Part shown: positions 24,401-35,302 of the stretch, in pieces
How the letters are laid out: every line of letters starts with the position of its first letter
Position numbering within the stretch: position 1 is the first letter of the stretch
From: Rebecca billardiae RCC1528
Taxonomy: Eukaryota; Protista; Haptophyta
Length of the DNA stretch: 64,000 nucleotides
Direction of reading: 5' to 3'
Assembly: GCA_965240325.2 (NCBI GenBank)
Contig: OZ251223.1
Location: forward strand, 310,001-374,000
The notes under the pieces: model-generated
What the model was told of the DNA's origin: nothing
Databases searched by the model: none
Seen by the model: only the letters and a program-made list of their open reading frames with translations
Position numbers and translations under genes: made by a program

Positions 24401-26467
24401 CCGCCGCGCACCGCGCGCACAGACTTCGCCGCGATCGCCGTCGCGATCAAGGGGACCGTTGTCGACGGCGAGGACGCCGGGTCGATCTCGGTCAATCTCC
24501 CGCTGGACGTGCGAGATGACGATCTCGCGAGTGCGGCGAGGAGCGACGACCCGGGAGGCGCGGTCGTCGTCGCGCTGGGCGATCGGCTGCTGACGAACTA
24601 CTGGGCGGTGGGCATCCTCGCGTCGCTGTACGCGCTCGCGCTCGTCCTCAGCCTCGTCGCGTCCCGCATCGACCGCGCCGTCGAGACGCGGCCGGAGGTG
24701 CCGAAGTGGAAGCAGAACGCGAGCAAGGGGACCCATTCTGGGACAGCGTGGAAATTCGTCGGCGGCATGCTCAAGGCGTCGATGCTCACGTGGTGGGCGG
24801 CGCGGCTGCCGGGCGAGAGGGTGACGGCCAAGCAGAAGCTGATGGTGCAGATCAATCTCACGCTGCTCGAGCTCAGCGTGATCGCGCTCTTCCTCGGGCA
24901 GGCCGCCGACTCCGCCGCGCAGCTCGTCTTCGCGGCGGCCATCAGCGTCGCGGTCGGCTTCCCGATGAAGGCGTTCGTTCTACTCAAGCTGTGGGCGTGG
25001 GCGGCGAAGCGGCGCGGGCTGTACGACGAGAACCCGTCCGACACGCGCTCGGACGAGCAGCGGCGGCGCTCGCTGCGCGCGAGCTCGCTCGGCCCGAGCG
25101 CGATGCCGTTTGTCGCGCCCGTGCGCGCGGCGGGCGCTGCCACCATGCCGCCCGGCGCGCAAGCGCAGCCGACGAGCGCCGCTGAAGGCCGGCTGGGCGC
25201 GCGGCCGCCGCCCCCGCGCTCGCACCCGCCAGAGCCGAAGGGCCAGTCGAGCTTCGGCCTCGCCGGCGTGGGCGCCTGGGCCGCTCACTCGGCGCGCAAC
25301 GAGCTGCTCTATGTGGCCCCGAGCAACGTCCGCTCCGCCGCCGCAGCCGAGGCGCAGCCGCAGTACGCCGCCTCTGTTCGCGCCGTGTTCGGTGCGGCCG
25401 TTGCCGCGCGCAGGCTGCAGCGGAGCGCGGTCAAGAGCGGGCGGCTCGGGCCGCGCGCCGGCGCGCGGCGCGGCGGTGCACAGCCGAGCGCGCCGCTGCA
25501 CGCAGTGGAGATGCCCGCGCAGTCGCTCATCGCCATGCCCGTCAGCGGCGGCTTCCTCGTCGGGTTCTTCGTCGCGGGCGCGGCGCAAGCCCAGATCAGC
25601 GCGAGGCTCGAGCGGAGGCAGGCGCTGGCCAACCGCCCCTCCATCCTCGAGCAGATGCTCGGCGTGCGGCTGGGCGCGGTCGAGGCGGACCCGGCGCAGG
25701 CGCTCGCGCGCGAGTACGGCCTGGGCGAGGGCACCGGGCTGCTCGACGTCCGCTTCGTCCAGGCGGAGTACGTGTACGCGCTGCCGCCCATCTCGCACGA
25801 CGACGTGCACGCGCTCTTCGACGCGTCGCCGCGCGACCCGGAGAGCCCAACGGTGCCGATGGTGCGGGTGCAGTTCAACCGCTCGCCCTTTGTGGACGGG
25901 CGCGCCGTGCGCGACACGGAGGTGCTCGCCGCGCCAGACGTCGTCGCGCGCACCATCCTCGCCGCGTACCAGCTCACCGAGGAGCGTGCGAAGGCGTCGG
26001 CGCCGCACTTTGTGGCGCTCGAGCCGAGCGCGCCGGCCGAGCTCACGGTGGGGACGATCGAGCGGCAGCTGCAGCTCACGCACAAGGAGCTGAGGAGCGC
26101 GACGTGGTGGATGAACAAGCCCAAGCCGTGGAAGCGCTGGCTCGTGTGGGGCATCAACGCCGTGATGTGCTTGCTGCTCACACTGCTGCTCCTCGCCTTC
26201 TCGCTGCTCGGTGTGTCGAACGTCGGGACGGTCGACTTCCGCAACCCGGACCTGTGGCGAGATCGCATCCTGCTGGCGTGGGCGCTCAAGCAGCCCGTCC
26301 GGCTGCTGCTCGCCGAGCCCATCATCGTCGTGGTGAACCTCGCATGGGAGCCGCTCATGAACCGCGTGCCTGCCAACTGGCGCATGCTCATCCTGCGCGT
26401 GTGCGCGCCGGCGCCCGCAAGAAAAATCTTCGGCGCCGTCGAGGACTGCCTCGGCTCGTGCTGCTGA
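18432..26467 (+). CDS. Polycystin-1/REJ-like surface receptor: signal peptide, Pro-rich stalk, IPT/TIG repeats, PKD/REJ, EGF-like, GPS, about 5 TM; exons 18432-23899, 24080-24174, 24423-26467
   Basis: Splicing restores the GPS consensus CHFW-NDTAQRWSTSGC...CACNHL/TDFA. REJ motifs VNRPPYGG, ASGWTD and PLRYAFGY; IPT motifs such as PVGGPVLGGTRVTVSGVGF; five hydrophobic segments after the GPS. Confidence 0.85.
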
Positions 26468-26617
26468 CACGATATGGCACGTAGTAGAGCTCTAACCTAC
26501 ATACTTCCTTTGAAACGACAGAGTACCTCTGAGTGATGCGATCGGCGCGGACGGCGCATCCAATCGCGTCACCGTCGTCGTGACGATGCGCGAACTCAAG
26601 TCATCAGCAACTATATA

Positions 26618-27131
26618 CAGGCAATCGCGGGCAATAAGAAGTCAGAGATCTCACGGCTAGCCTCGGTTTCTTAGCCGTTCGGTAGCCCGAGCGCCTACGG
26701 AGTCTCAGTTTCTTAGCTAGGTCCGCCCGCCGCGCAGGCGCGGGGGGCGCAGGGGGGCAGAGCCCCCCGCTGAGTCTTTAGGCCCGGCCGGCGAGGCCGA
26801 CGAAAATTTTGGGCCTTTTTGGAGCAAATCTGGCATGATGTTGCATGGATGCTGCGGTGCACTGGCCAGGAGTCAGTCATCAGGAGAAGTCGGGACTTGG
26901 CCTGTACTCGTAGTCGGGCCGCGCGCCGCGTCCCCGACGGGCCGACTGCGCCTCGCCGCCCTCGCCCCTCGGCGGACCACTCGTCAGCCGGGACGACGTA
27001 GTCCCGGTTTCTTAGTGTGACTATGCGTATAGCGAACCAGCCAATCGCTAGCCTCAGTTTCTAGGCCAGATCCGCAGATAGCAAGCCCCAGTTTCTTAAC
27101 GTGACAGCTCCTTATTGCCCGCGATTGCCTG
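26618..27131. mobile_element. Non-autonomous Tc1/mariner-type MITE, 514 bp
   Basis: Perfect 21-bp TIR CAGGCAATCGCGGGCAATAAG with TA on both sides; second copy at 34749. Confidence 0.9.
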
Positions 27132-28101
27132 TATATAGTACTATGAAGGCGCGGTCAGGCGCGCGTTACTTATACTAGTACTGCTGATATGTACTATAAT
27201 ATCCGATCAGTTAATGGCCCGCGGTGCAGGGCGGAGCGCGCAGCGTGGAGCCCGCACCAGCGGGCCCGAACCACGTTTCAAAAAGATCTTTGATCGTCAA
27301 GAAAAAAGGGACGGGGGGCGGCGGAAAAAAAGGGACGGGGGGCGATTTTTAGGGCTGGCGGAGACCGAGTTTCGAGTTTTTGAGATCGCATAGAGAGGTC
27401 TATTAGGCCGAAAAAGAGCGCGCCCAGCTGATTCCATAAGTAATCGATGGACGGGACGTGAGCCTGGCCGTGACATTAGTGTAACGGTTCGTTACGAGCG
27501 AATCGTACTCGTCTTCCCGGATCGCGTGACGTCCGGACTGGGCCACATCCGGATCGTCGGAGGTGACGTGCCCCGGCACGATGGGCGATGGCGGATATGC
27601 GGGACGGCGCCTGCACGTGCCTCCGGACCCGCCTCCCGCTTGCTGCTCACGCAGTCAGCTGCGACCGTGGCGCATGATCGCAGAAGCAGTGCCGGCAGTA
27701 CGGCCTGCATCAGCTAGTGCCGCGCCGTCGTGGCGCGCGCGGTACGGTTGCGCGTTTGCAGCGCTCGCCGGCTCGGCGACGGCACGCGCGTGCGGCTCAG
27801 GTGTGTCAAATGCGGTCTCGTCGGCGCGCTTTCGCCTGCCACCTCGTGCACCCGTGCCGCCAGTTTCATCGTCTTCATGAGGACTGCTGCTGCTGTCGCC
27901 ATCCGCTCTCCATCACCCCGAGTCGCCGGTCGCGCGGCGCGCGCGGTAGGCACTAGGCAGGGCGTACGGTCACTCACCCGTGCAACGGGTCAAGTGGCCA
28001 GAGTACGTCTGGTCGTTGGCTGGCACGGGCCGCAGCGCTAAAGCACCCTGCTGTCACACCCGACTCCTTCAGTACTCCGAGCTCCGCGGCACGACTCACT
28101 C

Positions 28102-28250
28102 GGCACGATCGCGGACGGGTCGGATCCGAGCTGATCAGCCAGAGTTGGACACAGTTTGGCAGCTACTAGTAGTAATTCCGATGCCGATGGCACGATCGCG
28201 GACGGGTCGGATCCGAGCTGATCAGCCAGTTGGACATTTGGCAGCTAGTT
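28102..28250. repeat. About 60-bp direct duplication GGCACGATCGCGGACGGGTCGGATCCGAGCTGATCAGCCAG
   Basis: Copies at about 28102 and 28189. Confidence 0.85.
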
Positions 28251-28257
28251 GTCAGAC

Positions 28258-28526
28258 CAAGGGGCTTACAAAATACCACTGGGGGCGAAACACAGTCGTC
28301 GCCACCCCGGCTCCTCAAACGGAATGTGTCCGGTGAGTGGAAAACACTGTGCGAGAAGTTTGAATCCGGGAAAGCGGGTAATCTGTCGACACATCTCGTA
28401 TTCTTTCAAGGCATTCCGGTCTTTTTTTCATAAGAGCTACCGGACACTTTCCGTTTGAGGAGCCGGGGTCGCGACGGGGCTCCGCACTGGCGCTTTCGCC
28501 CCCAGTGGTATTTTGTAAGCCCCTTG
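28258..28526. mobile_element. P-element-type MITE, 269 bp, nested in copy A
   Basis: 33-bp perfect TIR CAAGGGGCTTACAAAATACCACTGGGGGCGAAA, a second inner inverted repeat, and a 7-bp TSD GTCAGAC (28251-57 and 28527-33). Confidence 0.85.
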
Positions 28527-29211
28527 GTCAGACGGACGTCCGATTTGACGACCGGTGCCGGGTGCGGTCTCAGGTCCGCTGCTGTGATTGTGTGAAGTGT
28601 GAATGAGTCTCGCGGTCGCGCAGGCAGGGCGACGGTCGGACTAGTAATAGCTTATATTCAGTCATCTCAGAACCGACTTCAACTGGCGAACTGCAACTAC
28701 GGCGGAGAGCCGCGATTGCACGGCCACCGCGGGCCCCCAACTGCGTTGATTCTATGCAGAAAAGGACCGCGGAACGCGGTCATATCTGATGGCGTTATCT
28801 TACTGCTACGCTATATATATATATGGCGGCGCGGTAGCTAGTAGCTGCTAGTCGTATATTGGCGCCGCCGCGCCAATGACTACAGCTGACGTGATGGCGT
28901 ACGACATCAGTGCGGGTCTGTCGCGGCTCTTATAGCAGACGATATCGATGACAATATAAGGCGTAACTGATATGCGTAACGTCGTCCCGCGCGTCCGTGC
29001 GTTTCCGCCGAGACCGGCCGCGCCGACTCTGCCGAGTCTGCTGATCCCGTGTCACTGCTCGGGCCGTACGCACTGGCGGTCCTTTGCAGGTCGTCCCTGA
29101 GCCTGAGGCTGAGGGGCTTCATCGGAGCCATGGCTTATCGGACCACGGGTGTCAATGGTCAGATGACGACGCCAGGCCGCCCGGACGTTTGGCGCTGCTG
29201 ATCATCACTCA

Positions 29212-30885
29212 TCAGCATCGGTGCCGGATGAGCGGATGCACTGTGATCGCAGCGGCTGAGCGCAGACGGCCGAGTGACCGGCGCACGCGCGACGGCCGGC
29301 TGGGACGCGGCGCGAGCCGCAACGACCCGCGCGACTCGTCCTCACGTGCCCACGCGGCGGGTGCCGTGCCCGCCGCGACACAGCGCGCGAGCACGGCCCG
29401 CAGCCGCGCCTCCCAGAAGGGCTGGGCGTACGGCGCGGCCGCGTCCGCCCTGTCAGGCGGATGCATCCAGTAGTTGAGGGCGATGTGGCCGATGCCGTTG
29501 GCGCGGGCGGCGCCATCCGCGGAGGCCACCTCGTGGAACCATGACGCGGGCAGGTACAGGCACTGCCCGGCGCGCACGCGCACGCGCAGGGGCCGGATGC
29601 CGGGCGGAGGGGAGGGCCGCGTGCAGAAGTTGTCGGGCAGCCCGCCGTCCTGTGTCTCCGCGCTCGGCGGCGCGCCGCCACCGTCGTCGTCGTCGTCGTC
29701 GTCGTCATCGAGGAGCTCGTCGTCAAAGTCGTCCGCGCCCGCGTCGCCAAAGCCGCCGTCCTCCTCCTCGTCCAGCCCTTCGAGCTGCGCGTCGAGCATG
29801 CGCTCGACGCGGCGCTCTGCAGTCGAGACAGCCGTCCGCAGCCGCGCGCACGTGTCCGCGTCGGCGCCCGAGCGCGTGGCTTCTGCCAATGCGGCCTCGG
29901 CCGCTTCGAGCTCGGCTTCGGCGGCGGCGCTGTCCTGCCGTGCGCGCTTGGCCGCGCGGCACCCGCCCGCACCCTCGCCTCCTCCGTCCCCCCGGCGCAG
30001 CCCGTTGCGCTTCGCGCGACGGCCCGGCCGCGCGGCCGCGCGCGCCACGGCTAGCGGCAAGCCATCCGGGCGAGCGGGCGCACTCTCGTAGCTGATGAGG
30101 CCGTTGTGGTGCACGCACTCGATGGTGCCGCTCACGCGCATCGCCGCGGCGTGCGAAGGCGCGTACAGCGTGAACGCCTTCTCGCCGCGCAGCAGGCAGT
30201 ACAGGTTGTCGTGGAAGTCGTGGTGCAGGCCTGAGGAGGACGCGAGCGGAGGAGTTGATGCCCCGTGCGCGGCGGCGCCGGCGCTCGAGGCTCGCGGCGA
30301 CGAGCCCATCCAGACGTTGAGCTGCTGCGGCACAAGGTTGCCGAGGAGCCGAGGACGGAGCGGCACGTCCTGCGCGAGGGCGCGCAGTGGCGGTGCGACG
30401 AGCTCCGTCGGCCCAGCCTCGTCCACGGCGGGCATGGCCTGCGCAGACAGGTAGAGACTGCTGTCCCCGGCGCCCGCGCGGTGCACAAACTCGGCGAAGG
30501 GCATCTCGCGCTTGATGCCGCGGCCGAAGCCCTCCTCCCACGAGCCACGCTCCTCCACCGCCACGCGCTCGCGCCCGGCCTGTGCCGCGAGGTACTCGTC
30601 AGTCCAGCGTGCACTGGCGCGCCACTCACGATCTTCAGGCATGCCATCGATCAGGCATGGACGTCGGCGCGCGACGTACTCGCGGAAGAAGCGCTTCGGC
30701 GAGATATCGGCACGCTCGTGGCCGACGGCGGCGCCTGCCCACCCAGCGTACGCGTTTGGGAAGTCGCCGCGCTCTGGCATGCTCGATCGCATGAGCGGCC
30801 GCAGGCCACGCGGTCGTGGGCTCGCGTGCCCGGCCTGCCGGCCAGCGAGGTGAGACCACGCAGACCGACTGTCGGAAGACAGCAT
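29212..30885 (-). CDS. JmjC/cupin-8 2-oxoglutarate Fe(II) oxygenase (start uncertain: 31056, 30885 or 30792)
   Basis: FFREYVARRRPCLI, WTDEYL, NVWMG, SGLHHDFHDNLYCLLRGEKAF (HxD), LYLPASWFHEV, IALNYWMHPP. Confidence 0.85.
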   Translation of the reverse strand: MLSSDSRSAWSHLAGRQAGHASPRPRGLRPLMRSSMPERGDFPNAYAGWAGAAVGHERADISPKRFFREYVARRRPCLIDGMPEDREWRASARWTDEYLAAQAGRERVAVEERGSWEEGFGRGIKREMPFAEFVHRAGAGDSSLYLSAQAMPAVDEAGPTELVAPPLRALAQDVPLRPRLLGNLVPQQLNVWMGSSPRASSAGAAAHGASTPPLASSSGLHHDFHDNLYCLLRGEKAFTLYAPSHAAAMRVSGTIECVHHNGLISYESAPARPDGLPLAVARAAARPGRRAKRNGLRRGDGGGEGAGGCRAAKRARQDSAAAEAELEAAEAALAEATRSGADADTCARLRTAVSTAERRVERMLDAQLEGLDEEEDGGFGDAGADDFDDELLDDDDDDDDDGGGAPPSAETQDGGLPDNFCTRPSPPPGIRPLRVRVRAGQCLYLPASWFHEVASADGAARANGIGHIALNYWMHPPDRADAAAPYAQPFWEARLRAVLARCVAAGTAPAAWAREDESRGSLRLAPRPSRPSRVRRSLGRLRSAAAITVHPLIRHRC

Positions 30886-31973
30886 CGCACGATGGCGGCG
30901 GGCTTCGCGGCTGGCACCCTTACCGTCCGTGTGGCGGGGCGGCTCGAGCTCACGCTCTTGGCTGCGTTCCTCTCGTGCGCGCTCAGCACCCGCTCGCTGC
31001 TGTGGGGCGCGCTCGAGCTGCACTCCTCGACCATGACTCTGGCTGGCTCCGGCCATGGCAACATGTCAGCTTCGCCGGCAGAAATGCGGTTGGTGGATTG
31101 GGGCCCGGGGATGGGCGTGTGAAGGGTGCTCAGGGCCCGGGAGCTGAACGATCAACGCCTTCCGCTGCCTATTGTACCACCCACTACACGGCGGAACCCC
31201 TGCCCACAGCTGCGCGCACCACCAGCGCGCAGTGCGCACTGGGGTGTGTCCTGGGCAACAACAGCTCGCAGCTCTTCGTGTGGCGACGAGCATCTGACGG
31301 GCCAGAGTGTGTGGCGCGTGATAGCGTGGGGCGTCGAGAAGATCGGTACCGTGCACGCCCACCAGCTACACGCAGCTAGCGTGCGTGCGCAGCGCGGGCT
31401 AGCTCCCCCATCTTGAAATGCACGCGCGCCGAGATTGGGCGCTCATCCGCGGCTATGCAGCTGCGACTCGAGTTGCAATAGCGACTCGAGTTGCAATATG
31501 GCACGCGATGTGCTCGCGCCGGCTGCACGGCGTGCAAGCGGCCCATACTGCGAGAGCAGCCTGCCATGCGCGGTCCGACCCGCCCTACCGTGGCCGTCCA
31601 GAGTGTCCAGCTTGGGAGCGCGGACATGAGCGTGGATTCGTGGACGGAGGCAGCGACGCGACCACAACACGTGCACCCATAGACCGCAGGCAGAGGGGGC
31701 AGACCCAGTCACTCACCCAGGCGATCTCCGGACACCGTCAGGAGGCGAGTCCAGCATCATGACGCACAAAGTCAGACAGAGACTACCCGTTCGTCAGACG
31801 AGACTCGTCGCGCAAATAATGTAACCAACCGCCGCAGCGGCCTCGGACGCCGGACCGTCGGACGCCCGGCTGGTCCGCCGCGCCGCCAACTAACCTATAA
31901 TAATAATATATTACTAGTCAAATTACGAAGACATCACTACTCATCAGCACTGCTGAGCGCACAGTTAATCAGT

Positions 31974-32113
31974 TATGGCCCGCGGTGCAGGGCGGAGCGC
32001 GCAGCGTGGAGCCCGCACTGCGGGCCCTAACCACGTTTCAAAAAGATCTTTGATCTGTTTGATCAGCGGCAAGAAAAAGGGACGGGGGCCGATTTTTAGG
32101 GCTGGCGGAGACC
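31974..32113 (+). mobile_element. TATGG-bounded element, copy B (left end only)
   Basis: TATGGCCCGCGGTGCAGGG...GGCGGAGACC is nearly identical to 27213-27366. Confidence 0.8.
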
Positions 32114-32622
32114 TTGCCTCCGCAGGCGAGCAGCGCGCAGCTTACGCCGGGCATGTGGACCTGCCCACCCTTCGTCTTCCAGTTCTTCCCTTCGGCTGGG
32201 GCTCGATCAGTCTGACGCGGCATAGCTCACACTCACACTCACAGCGCATGAGCGCAGGCAGGTGTTGGCGCGGCTGCACTCTCGAGGCGGGGCTCTCGAG
32301 GTGGCTGAAATACTGTACAGTTTAATATGCCCTGCTATGTTTTAACGTGCACACTTGGTTAACCGGCGCAGGCAGGTGAGGGGCGGCTGGGCGCGTTGCC
32401 GCACCTCGTCGAGGCGGCCAAAGATTGCAGCAAGCACAGTACAACATCCGGGTGCAGCACCCTGTCCCCGTGTTACTTACAAACGTGTGGTGTCAGAGCG
32501 CGCTCACGGCAGCACACCACGGCCGCGTGCAGGATGGCGGCCTCGCCCTCAAGCTGCTAGGCAGTTCTTTCACTGCCCTTTCGAGTAGCACGGCACACGC
32601 TACGTGGCTGACGCGCGCGAGG

Positions 32623-34152
32623 ATGCCCGGCATATTATGCGGCCGAGCTGGCTGTGACAAAAGCGCGTCCTTTGGCAAGCCGGGTGCCGCGCGTCCCAGC
32701 CGCTGCGCCACACACAAGCTGGCCGGCATGGTGGACGTGAAGCACCCCAGGTGCGAGCATGCCGGCTGTGACAAGGTGCCGTCCTTTGGCATGTTTGGTG
32801 ACACACGTGCTAGCCGCTGCGCTGCGCACAAGCTAGCCGGCATGATCAATGTGATCAGCCGCAGGTGCGAGCACGCCGGCTGCGACAAGCACCCGTGCTA
32901 TGGCATGCCGGGCGACACCCGGTCCAGCCGCTGCGCCACACACAAGCTGGCCGGCATGGTGGACGTGCACAACCGCAGGTGCGAGCATGCCGGCTGTGAC
33001 AAGCACCCGTCCTTTGGCATGCCTGGTGACACACGAGCCAGCCACTGCGCCGCGCACAAGCTGGCTGGCATGATCAATGTGATCAGCCGAAGGTGCGAGC
33101 ACGCCGGCTGCGACAAGCACCCGTGCTATGGCATGCCGGGCGCCACACGAGCCAGCCGCTGCGCCACACACAAGCTGGCCGGCATGGTGGACGTGCACAA
33201 CCGCAGGTGCGAGCATGCCGGCTGTGACAAGCACCCGTCCTTTGGCATGCCTGGTGACACACGTGCCAGCCACTGCGCCGCGTCCAAGCTGGCTGGCATG
33301 ATCGGCCTGAGCGCTTGGCGCGAGTGCAAGCGGGCTGCAGCGCCCGAGCCTCAGCAGGGCGGCAATGCAAAGCGCCAGCGTGTGCAGCGCAACGGCGGCA
33401 GCCTAACCGCAGCCCCTGCTGGGGCTGCCGCCGGTCCGCAGCCGCATCCACAGCCGCGCATGGCCACTGCCCGCGCTGAGGCTCGCCTTCCGCGTCGCCC
33501 TGATGTCGTGAGCGGCAGCGGCCCGCGCAGCCAAGGTGATGGGCCGGGCAAGCGCGCGAGGCCGAGCAGGACACATGCCACGCGCACGCAGCTAGCCATG
33601 CGCGCTGCCCCGCCTGCTGACGGGCCAGGCGGCAGTGGTGGCGGTGAGCACGCGGCAGACGCCCCGCTGCTCGGCCAGCTGCTCGAACAAGCCGCTGATG
33701 CATTGCACATCGACGCTGCCGCCGAGCTCGCTGACGAGCGCGCCGCCGCCAAACGCACACGTGCCCAGCTCGAAAGCACACGTGCCCAGCTGGAGGGCAC
33801 GCGTGCCCAGCTCGAGGGCACACGTGCCGAGCTCGAGGGCACACGCGCAGAGCTCGAGGGCGCACGTGCCGAGCTTGAGGGCACATGTGTAGAGCTTGCG
33901 AGTCTGCTACGTACCGAGCTTGAGAGCTCACGTGCCCAGCTTGAGAGTTCACGTGCCCAGCTTGAAGGCACACGAGCCCAGCTTGAGAGCACACGAGCCC
34001 AGCTCGAGAGCTCATCACATACCGAGCTTGAGAGCGCATGTGCCCATCAGCTCGAGAGCACACGTGCCCAGCTCGAGAGCATACGCGCCCAGCTGGAGAG
34101 TACACGTGCCCAGCTTGAGAGCGCACGTGCACAGCTCACGTCCTCGGGATGA
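32623..34152 (+). CDS. EsV-1-7-type cysteine-rich repeat protein (6 x 38 aa) with a C-terminal heptad coiled coil
   Basis: Repeats CxxxGCxKxPSFG...RCxxHKxxGMxxV with a 114-bp period; TRAQLES/TRAELEG 21-bp repeats at about 33757-34137. Confidence 0.8.
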   Translation: MPGILCGRAGCDKSASFGKPGAARPSRCATHKLAGMVDVKHPRCEHAGCDKVPSFGMFGDTRASRCAAHKLAGMINVISRRCEHAGCDKHPCYGMPGDTRSSRCATHKLAGMVDVHNRRCEHAGCDKHPSFGMPGDTRASHCAAHKLAGMINVISRRCEHAGCDKHPCYGMPGATRASRCATHKLAGMVDVHNRRCEHAGCDKHPSFGMPGDTRASHCAASKLAGMIGLSAWRECKRAAAPEPQQGGNAKRQRVQRNGGSLTAAPAGAAAGPQPHPQPRMATARAEARLPRRPDVVSGSGPRSQGDGPGKRARPSRTHATRTQLAMRAAPPADGPGGSGGGEHAADAPLLGQLLEQAADALHIDAAAELADERAAAKRTRAQLESTRAQLEGTRAQLEGTRAELEGTRAELEGARAELEGTCVELASLLRTELESSRAQLESSRAQLEGTRAQLESTRAQLESSSHTELESACAHQLESTRAQLESIRAQLESTRAQLESARAQLTSSG

Positions 34153-34748
34153 GATCGACGACGGCATGATTTTGGCGCACGCCCCCCCCGAAAGGTCTGA
34201 GCGTGAGCGAAAGCCGGGGGGTGGGGGGGGCGGCGCACGTGCTCCGCAAAATCAAAAAAGAGGGCGCGCAGGATTTGGGGGAGTTTTTGTAGGTGGATTT
34301 AGCCATTTTTAGGTGTGAACACCGCATATATGTGAGACGATATCGCTGCCCTTGATGACGGTCTGATTGCGTCAAGATGTGAGATTCTCCCCTGCCCGTA
34401 TAAATCCTAATCGGCGGATAGTAAGTAATAGAAGAATGCGTACTCAAATAGGAAAAAGGCGTCTGCATCGCTTTCTGATATGGTGGGCCGTTGGGCCCGT
34501 TGGCGTGATTCTCCTGCTGATATACACTTTTGGTTTGCTGATTCCAATTCAACGAGTAAAGAATCTTGGTCAGAGTCGTCTCCCATTATCCTTCTCCCAT
34601 GAAGAGAACCACACTTCAAAATAAACAACGTTTAGTATCAACAGTATTATGACACGACGTTCGTCATTGCGGCTCGTTAGTCGTTTGTCTATTGGTACGG
34701 GTCCGCGTCTCCGCGAAATGAACCCTGCCAGATCTTTGCCTGATGATA

Positions 34749-35302
34749 CAGGCAATCGCGGGCAATAAGAAATCAGAGATCTCACGGCTAGCCTCGGTTT
34801 CTTAGCCGTTCGGTAGGCCGAGCGCCTACGGAGTCTCAGTTTCTTAGCTAGGTCCGCCCGCCGCGCAGGCGCAGGGGGGCAGAGCCCCCCGCTGAGTCTT
34901 TAGGCCCGGCCGGCGAGGCCGACGAAATAAATTTTGGGCCTTTTGGAGCAAATCTGGCATGATGTTGCATGGATGCTGCGGTGCACTGGCCAGGAGTCAG
35001 TCATCAGGAGAAGTCGGGACAGCGGGACTTGGCCTGTACTCGAAGTCGGGCCGCGCGCCGCGTCCGCCCGACGGGCCGACTGCGCCTCGCCCCTCGGCGC
35101 GGACCACACTCCCGGACCACTCGTCAGCCGGGATGACGTAGTCATCCCGGTTTCTTAGTGTGACTATGCGTATAGCGCGAACCAGCCAATCGCTAGCCTC
35201 AGTTTCTGCTAGGCCAGATCCGCAGATAGCAAGCCCCAGTTTCTTAACGTGACAGCTCAGACTCAGTAGCCTTAGGCTTATATTTTATAGCCCGCGATTG
35301 GC
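34749..35302. mobile_element. Second, degenerate copy of the CAGGCAATCG MITE
   Basis: Collinear with 26618-27131; the right TIR is decayed by small insertions. Confidence 0.85.

Larger units (their letters stand above)
27213..28792 (+). mobile_element. TATGG-bounded Crypton-like non-autonomous element, copy A
   Basis: Left end (A)ATGGCCCGCGGTGCAGGGCGG is shared with 31974, 54781 and 57012 (rc). Right end GGACCGCGGAACGCGGTCA is shared with 56731-56749 and is followed by a degenerate TATGG; an alternative TATGG lies at 28822-28826. Confidence 0.7.

Noticed and set aside
31463-31498. 18-bp tandem duplication GCGACTCGAGTTGCAATA
   Set aside because: Only two copies and no further structure.
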